A DNA stretch of 64,000 nt. Source: Octopus vulgaris (Eukaryota). The stretch covers positions 94,860,001-94,924,000 of the forward strand of contig OX597823.1 in the NCBI GenBank assembly GCA_951406725.2, read 5' to 3'. Of the stretch, positions 1 to 14,100 are shown piece after piece (positions within the stretch are counted from its first letter, which is position 1; each line of letters starts with the position of its first letter). Position numbers and translations under genes: made by a program. The notes beneath the pieces were generated by a model. That model was not told the DNA's origin, made no database searches, and was given only the letters and a program-made list of their open reading frames with translations.

Positions 1-516
1 CGAGGCCTATGCCAGTACTGTATAACCAGCCCACTTATGAGTACCCCTCATTCATTCAGAATGAGGGGAATCTGGAATGAAGGATAAATCTATTTTTAAT
101 CAAGAACAAAGAAGAGATGCACCACCACTTCAAGCAATGCCAAAGTTTTAACTGTGTTACGTTTCAGGTGTGTTCAATGAAGATTTAGCTTGAAAAAGCT
201 CAGAACTTTCTGGATGACCTAATATATATATACATATATTCACACACACGTGTGTGTGTGAAACCCACATGCAGTGTTGTCATCTCTTGTCAACGAATCA
301 TCAACTCATTTTGTACCTTCAAAGACATAAAATCCATTCCTTGCTAAAAGAAAGTAAGGAACTTCTTATTTCACACTTGGAGAGCAAGCAAGGGTTAATG
401 ACAGGAAGGGCATCTGGCTGTAAAACAATGAATGACTAATATAGATTCATCTAACTCATGCTAGCATGAAAAAAAAGAGATGTAAAACAGAGGAGCGAAT
501 GACCAGTATAACTTAC

Positions 517-602
517 CCTCGAACACAGGTCAATCGAGCAAGGGCAAGGTGCGATGGTTTCAATGTGGATCGTGTTCCATCACTTTTTAATTCTGCTTGT
601 TC
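517..602 (-). CDS. PAN2: PAN2 exon 23 ([28 protein letters not shown])
   Basis: Acceptor TGACAG, donor GTAAGT; 86 nt, phase 0 to 2. Confidence 0.95.
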
Positions 603-3600
603 CTGTCAGAAATTGGAAACAGAAAATATTACTTTCTACAATCAAAAACAACAGACTATACCAAAGATTCTCAACCACAGCTCCCAGGGCCTCATGCAGC
701 CCTCAACAATCTTCCCTCTATAAATATAAAAATTTTTTCTTTAATTGACTTACGTTTGACTCCTTTGGGCACAGCCCAGGTTTTGTTGAGAGTCACTGGA
801 TTAGACACGAAATCTGTTAGTTTCTCTTAAAACACGGGGTTTAGATTTTTATTTATTTATTACACAGGTATTGAGAGATAACGTTATTTACATTTGACGG
901 ATATTTGTCCTCATCTTGTTTGTTGTTAACACGATATTTCGGCTGATATACCCTCCAGCCTTCATCAGGTGTCTGGGGAAATTTCGAACCTGTGTTCTCA
1001 TTCCATTACGCCATATGCCCACGGGCATATGGCATAATGGTTAAGAACGTGGGCTACCCCAAGATTCCGAGTTCGATTCCAAGCAGTGACCTGAGCAACA
1101 ACAATAACGAAAAACACCTTAGGAATGAGAACGCAGGTTCGAATTTTCCCCCAAGAGACCTGATGAAAGCTGGAGGGTATATCAGTTGAAATGTGTTAAC
1201 AACAAACAAAATGAGGACAAATATCCGACAAATGTAAATAATTCCTCATCTCTTAAATATAGAACTGTATTGAGACAGAAGTTGGGCATAAGAGGAATTA
1301 GATGCAATGTGCAAGAGAGGAGACTGCAGTGGAGTGGTCATGTGATGCAGATGGATGGGGACAGTTGCATAAAAAAGTGCCAATCACTCAAAGTGGAGGG
1401 AAGTTGACCCAGGAAGACATGGGATGAGGTCCTGAACCTTACAAAGGAGATGAAAGAGGACCGAGATATGTAGAACAAGGCCTGCCCACCACAATAGAAC
1501 CGAGACCCTAAAACCAAGGTGCCATATAAAAAGCATTGGTGCAGGTTCCACTTAAAAAGCACCCAGTACGCTCTGTGGAGTGGTTGGCATAAGGAAGGGC
1601 AAGCAGCTGCAGATACCAAATGAAAAAAGAGTATGGAACCTGGAGTGCTCCAGGCCTCACCAGTTCCTGTCCAACACATGCCAGCATGGAAAAGTGGACA
1701 GTCCATCTATAATTGCGACAAAACTTGATATCTAATTCTTCACTTTACTAGAAAAGTCCTGTGACAATGAATATCTGCACAGACACACACACATGCATGC
1801 ACGTGCAAGGACAATTATTTGATGAGTCAACAATCAGGAGCCACAACATGACTGCCTGGTCTGCTAGAAATAGCAACCAAATCTTTTTCAGATTCATTCT
1901 CTGTGAAATGAAGGCCACATTGCAGTCCTAGACATATTATGATAGGATGGTTGTTGCTGGTAGTTCTTTCTTTTCTTTGATCTGGTCACAGTTTAAGTAA
2001 TCCCTTTGATGTTAGGTCTGCCCATCCAGTCCTGGAGGAGGACGATGATCACCACCACCACTACCACCACCAACAACAGCAGTTATCAGAATGTAAACCA
2101 GCAGCAGGAATAAGTAAAGGCCTTACCTGATCTAATGAGACAAACTCTGCATCCAGGGCGACCAGAGACCCTCTTTTGGGGATTTCGTCTGGGGTTAATG
2201 GAATAAAGGTCTTCTCTGTAATTTTAGGGTTCACAACTCCACTTTGGTCCAAAAGAACTTCTGATGTGATGGGGTTTTGCACTGGAAAAATTAAATGAGA
2301 AATCACAAATCATAAAACTAGTTGGCACTTTTGTGCTTCCATACTATAGCAAAGTATGAGTCAAGGAGGCTGTCTATAGGTCAGTCAACTTGGTAGAAAT
2401 AGCAGCCAGATCGGTGTCAAATCACATTGTATTGTCTTAATAAAAGGGCACACAATACAATATGGCCCCTGGTATAGAGTAAGATGGGATGATCATGGCT
2501 GAAACCCTCTTTCATCATTGGTGTACTCAGTCAGCATTACCTAGGGCTAAACAGCAACTATGCAAACAATTCACCACATCTATGTTTCTCAAACTAACAA
2601 GGCAGCTTCTATGTCATTTAATCAGCTAGAAATAGCAGCTAAATCTCCCTCAAGGAACTCACTAGATCCTGTTGAACTGCTCAACCCATACCAGTATGGA
2701 AAGGTGATAATGAGGACAATAACAATGATGATGATGATGATGCTAATGATGACAATGACAAAGACGATGATAAGGATGCCAATACTGGAACTCAAGCCTG
2801 CAAAATAACCAAGTGCTTTGGCGTCAAGGTTATATGTATGTGTTAATGGCTTGAAAAAAAAAATTTTTTAACCTCAACCCAGATGGTAACATCTAGAATG
2901 CAGGAAGAATACTTTAAGCAGTTGCCATAGAAACAAGGATTCACGAAGCACAGTTAGTTATGACAATATATATACATCCAGTGAAGGCACATGGCTTAGT
3001 GGTTAAGGCATTCGACTCACGATTGTAAGGTTGTGAGTTCAATTCCCAGCGACGCGTTGTGTCCTTGAGCAAGACATTTTATTTCACGTTGCTCCAGTCT
3101 ACTCAGTTGGCAAAAATGAGTAGTACCTGTATTTCAAAGGGCTGGCCTTGTCACACTCTGTATCACACTGAATCTCCCCGAGAACTATGTTAAGGGTACG
3201 CGTGTCTGTGGAGTGCTCAGCCACTTGCATGTTAATTTCACAAGCAAGCTGTTCTGTTGATCGGATCAGCTGGGACCCTCATTGTTGTCGTAACCAACAG
3301 AGTGCTCCTTATATACATCTACATGTCATATGTCGACTCACTGATGACATAATTAGGGTTAAACATCAAGAAAATAAATAATAGGACTAACGAACAAGCC
3401 TCTTTTGTAGTCACTCAAATTGCTAAATATAGCAGCCAAATCTCTCAAATCACATTCCAGTACATTAAAATGAAGTTTTATTGGATAATGTGGCCTTAGA
3501 TGGATTGTCTGAATAATAAATGGGATGGTCATAGAATGATTAAAACACTTTAATCTTAAAACTTGTTCTGCGATGATCTTTTCTCTCATATGTTAATTCA

Positions 3601-6600
3601 GGGGTTTTCAACCGGGGTCCATATAAGATTTTTTTGTCAAAATTTATGTGCAAAACATCATTTATATTTCTATAATAAATAAAATATCATTATTTTTATA
3701 CAATTCCTAATAGTGTTCAACTATAAACATAGAATAGGATTTTATTTAAACATTGAATGGGGTCTAGTGGAGTGAAATAGGAATCAAAGTGGTTCATTGG
3801 GTAAAAATGGTCAAGAACCACTGCTTTAAGCCTTCATCTCCAAGCATAAAATCACCTCTCTCAGGGTTCATAGTTTTGTAAGTGACATGGTAACCTCACT
3901 AGTGCTGGTGCCATGGAAAAAAAAGGCATTCGATGCACTCTGTAAAGTGGTTGGTATTAGGAAGGGCATCCAGCCATCGAAACCGTGTCTAAGCAGACAC
4001 TGGAGTATGATGCAGTCCTTGGATCCATTAGATTCTGTTGAACCATACAACTTAGGCCAGCATGGAACAACATGGACATTAAATGCTGAGCATGATGGTG
4101 ATGATGATGATATATCAGACATCATCTGGGGCTAAACACCAAATCAACAACTCAACAACAAACAACACAAATTGTGTCTATTTCTAGTGAAGGTCAAGTA
4201 GAGGCACAAAGTGTAGCTGTGTGGTCAAGAAGCTTTGCTTGCTAGCTGTGTGGTTTTGGGTTCAGTCCCACTGCAAAGCATCTTGGGCAAGTGTCCTCTA
4301 CTTTAGCCACAAACCAATCAAAGCCTTCCAAGTTGATTTTCTAGATGGAAACTGAAAGAAGCCCATGATAAAGGTCAATTTGTTTGAATAAACCCTGAAG
4401 GAGATGCCCCAGTACGGCCACAACCCAAAGACTGAAACAAGTAAAAGCTACTCACCCGTTATATCATGGTATTGGTTGATATTTTTCCGAGTAAAATAAA
4501 TGATGCAGGGTATTTTCCAGTCCATGTCAAAATGCAAAGCTTCTGACTGAAAACATAATTTGAAATTAAAAGGAAAATCTTTATCAATAAAAGAGACTTT
4601 CTAAAAATTAGGGGAACAACAACAGTTCTGGGGGCTTCAAGAAACCACAAAACTCGAGAGAAAATTTTGACAAACTTACTAAATCATCATCATCATCATC
4701 ATCGTTTAACGTCCGTTTTCCATGCTAGCATGGGTTGGACGGTTCAACTGGGGTCTGGGAAGCCAGAAGGCTGCATCAGGCCCAGTCTGATCTGGCAGTG
4801 TTTCTACGGCTGGATGCCCTTCCTAACACCAACCACTCCGAGAGTGTAGTGGGTGCTTTTTATGTGCCACCGGCACGGGTGCCAGACGAGGCTGGCAAAC
4901 GGCCACGATCGGATGGTGCTTTTTATGTGCCACCGGCACGGAGGCCAGTCGGGGCGGCGCTGGCAATGGCCATGTTCGGATGGTTCTCTTATGCCACCGG
5001 CACTGGTATCTCAGCTACAATTTCCATTCATGTTGAAAGATTTTGATTTCGATTTTCACTTGCGTCAACAGGTCTTCACAAGTAGGGTTTGTGTCACAAG
5101 AAGGAAAGGTATGCATAAGTGGGCTGGCTACGTCCCAGGTAGAGGCCATAGGTTATGGTCTCACTTGTCCTGCCAGGTCTTCCCACGCACAGCATACTTC
5201 CAAAGGTCTCGGTCTCTGGTCATTTCCTCGGTGAGACCTAAAGTTCGAAGGTCATTCTTCACCACCTCGTCCTAGGTTTTCCTGGGTCTATCTCTTCCAC
5301 AGGTTCCCTCAATCGCCAGGGTGTGGCACTTTTTCACACAACTATCTTCATCTATTCTCGCTACATGACCATAGCAGCGCAAACGTCTCTCTTGCACACC
5401 ACAACTGATGCTTCTTAGGTACAACTTTTCTCTCAAGGTACTTACACTCTGTCGAGTATGAACCCTGACATTACACATCCATCGGAGCATACTGGCTTCA
5501 TTTATTGCGAGCTTACGCATATCCTCAGCAGTCATGGCCCAAGTTTCACTGCCATTCTCCCTGGAATGTGGTGGAAGCTGGTCTCTGAGCATTTTCAGTG
5601 TTTATTGCTCCCGAGCATCTGCCACATACAAAAACTATCTTCCCAGTTAGCCTTCCTTTGACATTGCTGCACCTCTTATGTGTCCATAGCTTACACTTGG
5701 TGCATCTTATAGAGTTTCTACCTACACCTTTTCTACAGATCGAGCAGGGCCATCTACCTGAAGGCATTTGTGATTTGCCTGCCTTCCTACATATTAGGAC
5801 TTTGGTTTTAGCTAGGTTGATTTTAAGGCCCTTCGATTCTAATCCTTGTCTCCACACTTGAAACTTTGCCTCTAGTTCTGATAGTGACTCAGCAATTAGT
5901 ACAGTTCTATATTTAAGAGATGAGGAATTATGTACATTATTTACATTTGACAAATATCTGTCAAATGTAAATAATGTAAATAATGAACCTAACTAAATAT
6001 TTACAATATATCACCAGATATATATTTGTGTGTGTGTCCATCCCCGTCCATGTTCAATCAGTCCAAATGCATATTCGGAAGGTTCTGCCACACGTCAGGC
6101 ATTGGTCATCTGCTGGGACTGAAGACAAAGCGTTTGCTCTGAACTTGTGTAGATCCTGTATATTTTTTTGGTTCCCTTGCAATCCTTGTTCGTAGAAGGT
6201 GACACCTCTGTTGGTAGAGCTTTGCCAGGTAGGGCAGTCTTGAGTCAGAGTTTCCCCAGGTGTTGACATTTTGATCTCAAAGCTTGTCAGTGAGGTTTTG
6301 AGTGGGTCTTTGAAGTACTTTTTCTGTCGACTTTCTGTACTTTTGTGTTCTATCAGTTCAGTGTAAAACAGTTTCTCAAGGATCCCACATCAGGCATTTA
6401 AACAAAGTGGCCTGCCCCCACCTGACTTATGCTCTCTTCAGCTGTGTGTAATATGGTTGGCAGATCAGCTCAAGAGAGGACCTCTGTGCCTGGGATCCGG
6501 TAACTTTCAACAAGTTTTTCAGGCAGTTCATATGGAAGCAGTTTAGTTTTTTGGCATGTGTATATATATCATACACGCACACAAATATATTTATAAATAC

Positions 6601-7690
6601 ATAATGTTTAACTATTACATGCATTTCAGGTGATTTCATAACAAGAAATCTGTTCTGCTTTGGCCCTTTCCTCTCGTACTTTACTCTTCTCTACTCCTCA
6701 TCTCTTCCCCACTCAGGGGTTTGAAATCTCACAAGCTAAATGGTCACCTTATTAATGCTGGTAGCACAACAACAAAACACCCTGCACATATCATAAAGTG
6801 TTTGGTGCAAGAAAGGTCATCCAGCTGAAAAAAACAAAGACCTGTCAAAGCAGACAGTGGAGCACAATACAGTCTGTCAGACCATCCAACCCATGCCACC
6901 ATGGAACTGGGACGTTAAATGATGGTGAATATATATATATATAGGGGGAAATAGTGAGAGGGTTTTGTTATCTGGGAAATAGGGTGGATGTGAAGCAGCT
7001 GTGACAGCAAGAGCAAGACTTGGCTGGGTGAAGTTCAGGGAATGTGGAATGTTGTTGTATGGGAAAAGGTCCTCATTGAATATGAAAAGAAGGGTCTATA
7101 GGGGTTACGTGAGAGCTGCAATACTGTATGGGAGTGAGACATGGTGTTTGAGGGACAGAGAGATGGCAATTTTGAGGACTGAGGACTTGGAGATGCTGGG
7201 GTTGGAGGAATTGGTGGAATGGTTGGAAAGGATGAGTGGAGTGAGGTGGTATGGGAATGTGTTGAGGAGGAATGAGGAGAATGTTCTGAAGTGGGTGCTA
7301 GAGTTTGAGGTAAATGGACATCGAAAGTGAGGTAGACCGAAAAAAATGTGGAGGGGATTGGGAAGTTCGGCTTGAGAAGGGAAGAATGCCCAAAATTGGG
7401 CAAGATGGTGAGATGGTGGTTGCTATGGCATTGAGGTAGATCTGGCCACTACCATTAATGGGGACAAAACCTGGATTTAAAACACTGGATGATGGATGGA
7501 TGGATGTAAGAGAATCTTCGTGGTAAGAGGCTTGCTTCCTAACCACATGGTTCCAGGTTCAGTCCCACTGCATGGCACCTTGGGCAAGTGTCTTCTGCTA
7601 TACCCTTGAGCCAACCAAAGTCTTGTGAGTGGATTTGGTAGACAGAAACTGAAAGAAGCCTGTTGTATATATATATATATATATACACAC

Positions 7691-7723
<33 letters not shown>

Positions 7724-7750
7724 CATATATATATACACACATATATATAC

Positions 7751-7781
<31 letters not shown>

Positions 7782-7818
7782 CATATACATATATACATAT
7801 ACATATATATATATATAC

Positions 7819-7874
<56 letters not shown>

Positions 7875-8057
7875 TTGTCTCTCCATCATCACTTGATAAC
7901 TAACATTGGTGTTTACACCCCTATAACTTAGTGGTTCAGCAAAAGAGACTGGTAGAATAAGTACTAGGCTTACAAAGAATAAGTCCTGGAGTCGATTTGA
8001 TCGACTATAGGTAGTGCTCCAGCATGACCACAGTCAAATGACTGAAACAAGTAAAAA

Positions 8058-8100
<43 letters not shown>

Positions 8101-11100
8101 TAAATATACACACATATACATAAATATATATATACACACATATACATATATATATATACACACACATACATATATATACATGTATGTATACACACACAAG
8201 ATTTAACTATTGAATGCATTTCTTGCAGTTTCATCATCATCATTGTTTAACGTCCGTTTTCCATGCTGGCATGGGTTGGACAGTTTGACTGGGGACTGGC
8301 AAGCCAAGAGGTCACACCAGGCTGCAGTCTGATCTGGCAAGGTTTCTACAGCTGGATGCCCTTCCTAATGCCAACCACTCCGAGAGTGTAGTGGGTGCTT
8401 TTTACATGCCTGCACAGGAGCTAGAAGGGGCTGGTATCGACCATGATCAGATGGTGCTTTTTTTTGTGCCATCAGCATGGGAGCCGTTCAAGGTGGTGCA
8501 GGCATCGGCCACATTTGGCTGGTGCTTTTTACATGCCACCAGCACAGAAGCCAGTCGGGGCGAGGCAGCTGGCATCGACCATGTTCGGAGGTGCTTTTCA
8601 TGTGCCACCAGCATGGGGACCACAACTACAATTTCCATTTGATTGTGATTTGATATTGCTGTTGATGTTGAATGTACTTGACTCAATAGGTCTCCTCAAG
8701 CACGGCATGTTGCCCTACGAGCCAAGGTACTTTTGAGTGAGCTGGTTATGTGACACTGGTGTAGGTTACAGCTGTGATCTCACTTTATTTGCCGGGTCTT
8801 TTCAGTCTTATATATAATATAAATGGTTGTGTGGTAAAGAAATATGTTCTATCACAACCAGAATTTTACTGGAGGGTTTTGAATCCCCCAACATCAGACT
8901 TGTATTTTGGTCAAGAGCGTTCCATGGCGGCGAGCTGGCAGAATCGTTAGCATGCCAGGCAAAATGCATAGCCGTATTTCGTCTGCCGTTACGTTCTGAG
9001 TTCAAATTCTGCCGAGGTCGACTTTGCCTTTCATCCTTTCGAGGTCGATAAATACCAGTTACGCACTGGGGTCGATGTAATCGACTTAATCCATTTGTCT
9101 GTCCTTGTTTGTCCCCTCTGTGTTTAGCCCCTTGTGGGTAGTAAAGAAATAGGTATCTGTGAGGTGTTTATCTTGTTTAGGTTGTGCGTATGTCATAATA
9201 ACAAGAAAAAAGAAACAACAAAGATACAATAAAAGAAAAAGAAAGAAGAAGAACTGAACTCACCATTTCGATTGGTGTGATGGAGAAATCGTTGAAGAGG
9301 TACCATTGGGTACAAGTGACTTTTTCTTTCCGTTGGTGGTACTTCTTGCCGACTTTGACACAGCTGACTAAATTACCTGAGGTTTTACCATCTTTGATGT
9401 GTGACACTGTGGCATAGATTTCATAATCCTTTGAGAACTCATCCGGTGGTGACGTCTTTGCCTGGAATTAACAGGGAAACAGTGAAAGAAAGAAAGGAAG
9501 GGAGGGAGGGAGAGAGAGAGAGAGAGAGAAAGCCATTAAAAGATATTCAGGTAACAGTGTCACTAATTATGATGAATGACTTGGAGGTAGAATCACTGAA
9601 GAAATTTCACATATACAGGCTGTGCCATATGTACGTAAGTGGCCATGGTAGGCTGGGCACTCCATTGGTTACAACAAGGAGTTCCAGTTGATCTGATCAA
9701 CAGAATGGCCTGCTCGTGAAATTAATACATAAGGGGCTGAATATTCCACAGACATGCGTACCCCTAACATAGTTCTTAGGGAGACTGAGTGTGACACAGA
9801 ATGTGACAAGGCTCATTTTTGCCAGCTGAATGGAGTGGAGCAATGTGAAATAAAGTGTCTTGCTCAAGGACACAACGTGCCCCCAGGAATCAAACTCATG
9901 ACTTTACAATTGTGAGCCAAACACCCCTAACCACTGAGCCATGGCCCCTTTGCATAAACACAAATATTCACACTTGAAATAACAGAAATCGTTCTTGATT
10001 ATGACTTAGTGGTAGGGCAGTTGGAAAATGACTGAAACATTGAAGCAGAGTGAAAATTATTTTGTTGTATTTTGGGAGGGTCGTTGTGCCAATAACACTC
10101 ACACTGGTCCTATTTCATGTCTTTTACTTTTTATTTGTCAAGTCGTTAAGTAGTTAACCAATTAACTAACCAACTGCTTGATTAATCAATTCAGTTAATC
10201 ACTCCATCAGGTTTGTCAAAGTCCTTTTGGTGCCATTTGAGATGTCAACCATGACATGCCTTCTCTGCTTCGAATTTAATAAAAAATAGGTTTTAAGAAA
10301 TGTCTGGGATTAAAAAGAAGGAAAAACATTGCCTTGCTTTGTCTTCCCAAGGGTATTTGAACTGTTGTGGATTAACATCAAGATCAACTCTGCTTAAGAA
10401 CACAACTGAAGGACATATTGGACAACGTCATCCTTGAGAAAACAAACAGATGGGTTGGTCATGGCTGGACAGCTGATGAATTTAATTGATATGTTAGATT
10501 AGGCAAATCCTGTTTCTACAGTGAATTTGAGGACGGTCTTCAAATACATCACAATAAACCAGACCAAAAGTGACATGTTCTGATAGCTTTATAATTTATA
10601 TAACAGGACATGGACACTCTCAAAGTGGTAGGTGTTAGGAAGGGCATCCAGCTGTAGAAACTCTGTCAGATCAAGATTGGAGCCTGGTGTAGCCTCCTGG
10701 CTTCCCAGACCCCAGTCGAACCGTCCAGCCTATGCTATCATGGAAAGCGGATGTTAAACGATGATGATGATGATGGACAGATGAGCATAAGATGTGAGAC
10801 ATGGACCCAGATGAGATTAGGGTATCGTTTATCCAGACTGAAAAACATTTGATTAGGGATTTGCAGTAGAATGACCACTGGTGAGGCACTGGTGAAGTAA
10901 GGCAGCTAGAAACAGTGTCTTTAGGTAGCTAAGGTTTTACCATTTCCTCTTAGTTCCCACCATGGTTTGGACCAATGTACAACATGCATTTGATGTTGGG
11001 ACATTTATCAAGAATGGTAGATCTGAGAAATTCTTTTACTGCACGCAGTATATCTGCTAAAACAACACTAACAGAAGTTATTCAGCAGCAGGAACAACAC

Positions 11101-14100
11101 AGGGAAGTGAATCACAATATAATTAACATAATTTAATTAGAGAACACCCCTTTCCTGCAAATACCTGCCCCACTTCCTCACTTACCTCTTCTGTTAATCT
11201 GTTCACTGAAAATACGTTGTTTGAGAGAGAAAGCCGTAAGCCTGTTGGGACGTAGCTGGACTGAGAATTTTCTTCGTTAAGTGAATCCCCACCATCACTT
11301 GATTGATCATAACTCCTGAAGAAGACAAAGAGGAATATAAGGTCAAAGGAAAAGATTTCTTACACGGAAGAAAATATCAGCCACACCCCCATATTATCTT
11401 TTACTCGTTTCAGTTACTTAGACTACAGCCATGCTGGAGTACCACCTTCAAGAACTTCAAGTACATGTATCCCAGTGCCTATTTTTTTAAAGCCGGATAC
11501 TTATTCCATCAGTTTCCCTGGTGGCACGTAAAAGCACCCGCTACACTCTCGGAGTGGTTGGCATTAAGAATGGCATCCAGCTGTAGAAAACTATGCCAAA
11601 TCAGTCTGAAGTCTGGTGCAGCCTTCCAGCATGGACAACGGACATTAAATGATGATGATGTGAATAAATAAGCATTCCAGTTGACAGAATAATTTTAATG
11701 TTAAAGGGTTAAACAGCAGAAAATTACAAGAAAATTGGTGAATAAGATGATGCAAAGAGATGAATGGATAAAAACCAGACACATTATGAGACCTGCATGA
11801 CAAACTAAGACACTAAACAAGTGGTCCTCAACTGAGGTCCATCCGACACTTAAACGAAGTGGGGGAGAAGAGGGCTCTACATAAGATTTTGTTGTTAAAA
11901 TTTGCAACAAATTGGTTATGCTCCTTCAATACACAGAATATTTTAACAATTTTTTAATACAATTTCTTATAATATTCAATTATAAAAAAATGTAATAAGA
12001 TTTTCTGAAACATCGAATGGCTATGAAGGAGCAGTAGGAATCAAAGGAGTTTGTAGATAAAAATGGTTAACAACCATGCTACTAAACTATACAAGACAAC
12101 ATTCCAGATTTACCATGGTACTCCAGACTTGCTGCTGCATCCCAAATGCACTACAAAATCCCAGGTACCCTACAACACACCAAACCCTATACCACTACCC
12201 CAGACATTTCACAAAAACAGCTGAAACAAAATAAATCTGCTCCTCCCTATCCGTCTCTCCCCCACCCGTATCTATCTTTTTTCCTCACTCAATATTTACT
12301 CATTGTAAGGCAGTGAGCTGGCAGAAATGTTAGCACACCGGGAAAAATGCTTAGCGATATTTCGTCTGTCTTTATGTTCTCAGTTCAAATTCCGCTGAGG
12401 TTGACTTTGCCTTTCATCATTTTGGGGTCGATAAATTAAGTAACAGTTACATACTGGGGTCAATCTAATCGACTGGCACTCTCCCCCAAAATTTCAGGTC
12501 TTGTGCTTAGAGTAGAAAAGAATATTTTACAAATATAAGACAGCAAGCAGGCAGAAACGTTAGCATGCTGAGCGAAATGCTTAACAGTATTTCATCTGAC
12601 GTTACGTTGTGAGTTCAAATTCCACTGAGGTCGACTTTGCCTTTCATCCTTTCGGTGGTTAATAAATTAAGTACCAGTTATGCACTGGGGTCGATATAAT
12701 CGACTTAATCCATTTATCTGTTCTTGTTTGTCCCCTCTGTGTTTAGCTCCTTGTGGGTAGTAAAGAAATAGGTATTTCATCTGTCTTGACAACCAAATCA
12801 AAATAGATGAACATCAATGGAATTTGTATCTTTGTGGTACCAGTACCGGTGGCACACAAGAAAACCATCCAAACGTGGCCGTAGCCAGTACCGCATCGAC
12901 TGGCCTCTGTGATGTGGGCACATAACAAACACCATCCGATCGTGGTGGCCCCTACCTGGGACGTAGTCAGTCCACCTGTGCATACCTTCCTTCTTGTGAC
13001 ACTTGTGAAGACCTGTTGAGGCAAGTGAAAATCAACAAATCAAAAAATCAAAACAAATCAAAATAGATGAACATCAATGGAATCTGTATCTCTGTGGTAC
13101 CAGTGCCGGTGGCACACAAGAAAACCATCCGAACGTGGCTGTAGCCAGTACCGCATCGACTGGCCTCCGTGCTGTGGGCACATAACAAACGCCATCCGAT
13201 CGTGGCCGTTCGCCAGCCTCATCTGGCACCTGTCCGAAGACCCGGCAAGACTAGTCAGGCCATAGCCTGTGGCCCCTTCCTGGGACGTAGTCAGTCCACC
13301 TGTGCATACCTTCCTTCTTATGACACTTGTGAAGACCTGTTGAGGCAAGTGCAAATCAAATCAAACCAAATGACACTCGTGAAGACATGTTGAGGCAAGT
13401 GATAATAATAATAATCATAATCAAATCAAAATAGATGAACATCAATGGAATTTGTATCTTTGTGGTACCAATGCCGGTGGCACACAAGAAAACCATCCGT
13501 AGCCAGTACCACATCGACTGGCCTCCGTGCTGTGGGCACGTAACAAATACCATCCGATCGTGGCCGTTCGCCAGCCTCATCTGGCACCTGTGTTGGTGGC
13601 ACATAAAAACACCATCCAAAGACCCGGCAAGACTAGTCAGGCCATAACCCGTGGCCCCTACCTGGGACGTAGTCAGTCCACCTGTGCATACCTTCCTTCT
13701 TATGACACTTGTGAAGACCTGTTGAGGCAAGTATGTGACACTTGTGAAGACCTGTTGAGGCAAGTGTGTGACACTTGTGAAGACCTGTTGAGGCAAGTGA
13801 AAATCAAATCAAACCAAATCAAAATAGATGAACATCAATGGAATTTGTATCTTTGTGGTACCAGTGCCGGTGGCACACAAGAAAACCATCCGAACGTGGC
13901 CGTAGCCAGTACCGCATCGACTGGCTTCCGTGCTGTGGGCACGTAACAAACACCATCCGATCGTGGCCGTTCGCCAGCCTCATCTGGCACGTGTCGGTGG
14001 CACATAAAAACACCATCCGAGCGTGGCCGTCTGCCAGCCTCGTCTGGCACCTGTGTCGGTGGCACATAAAAAACACCATCCGAGTGTGGCCGTTCGCCAG

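Noticed and set aside
2985-3050. tRNA-like A/B boxes here, at about 1030-1080 and at 47500-47565
   Set aside because: No convincing full cloverleaf, and each continues into repeat body sequence; these are SINE heads, not tRNA genes
5899-5985. The same element terminus abuts RTE coding sequence at both 1269 and 5899, suggesting targeting
   Set aside because: The two junctions fall at different RTE positions, and two cases in an RTE-rich window are compatible with chance
7477-8243. YIYI/CVCV-rich ORFs here and at about 25819, 36312 and 38857
   Set aside because: Translations of (TA)n/(CA)n microsatellites
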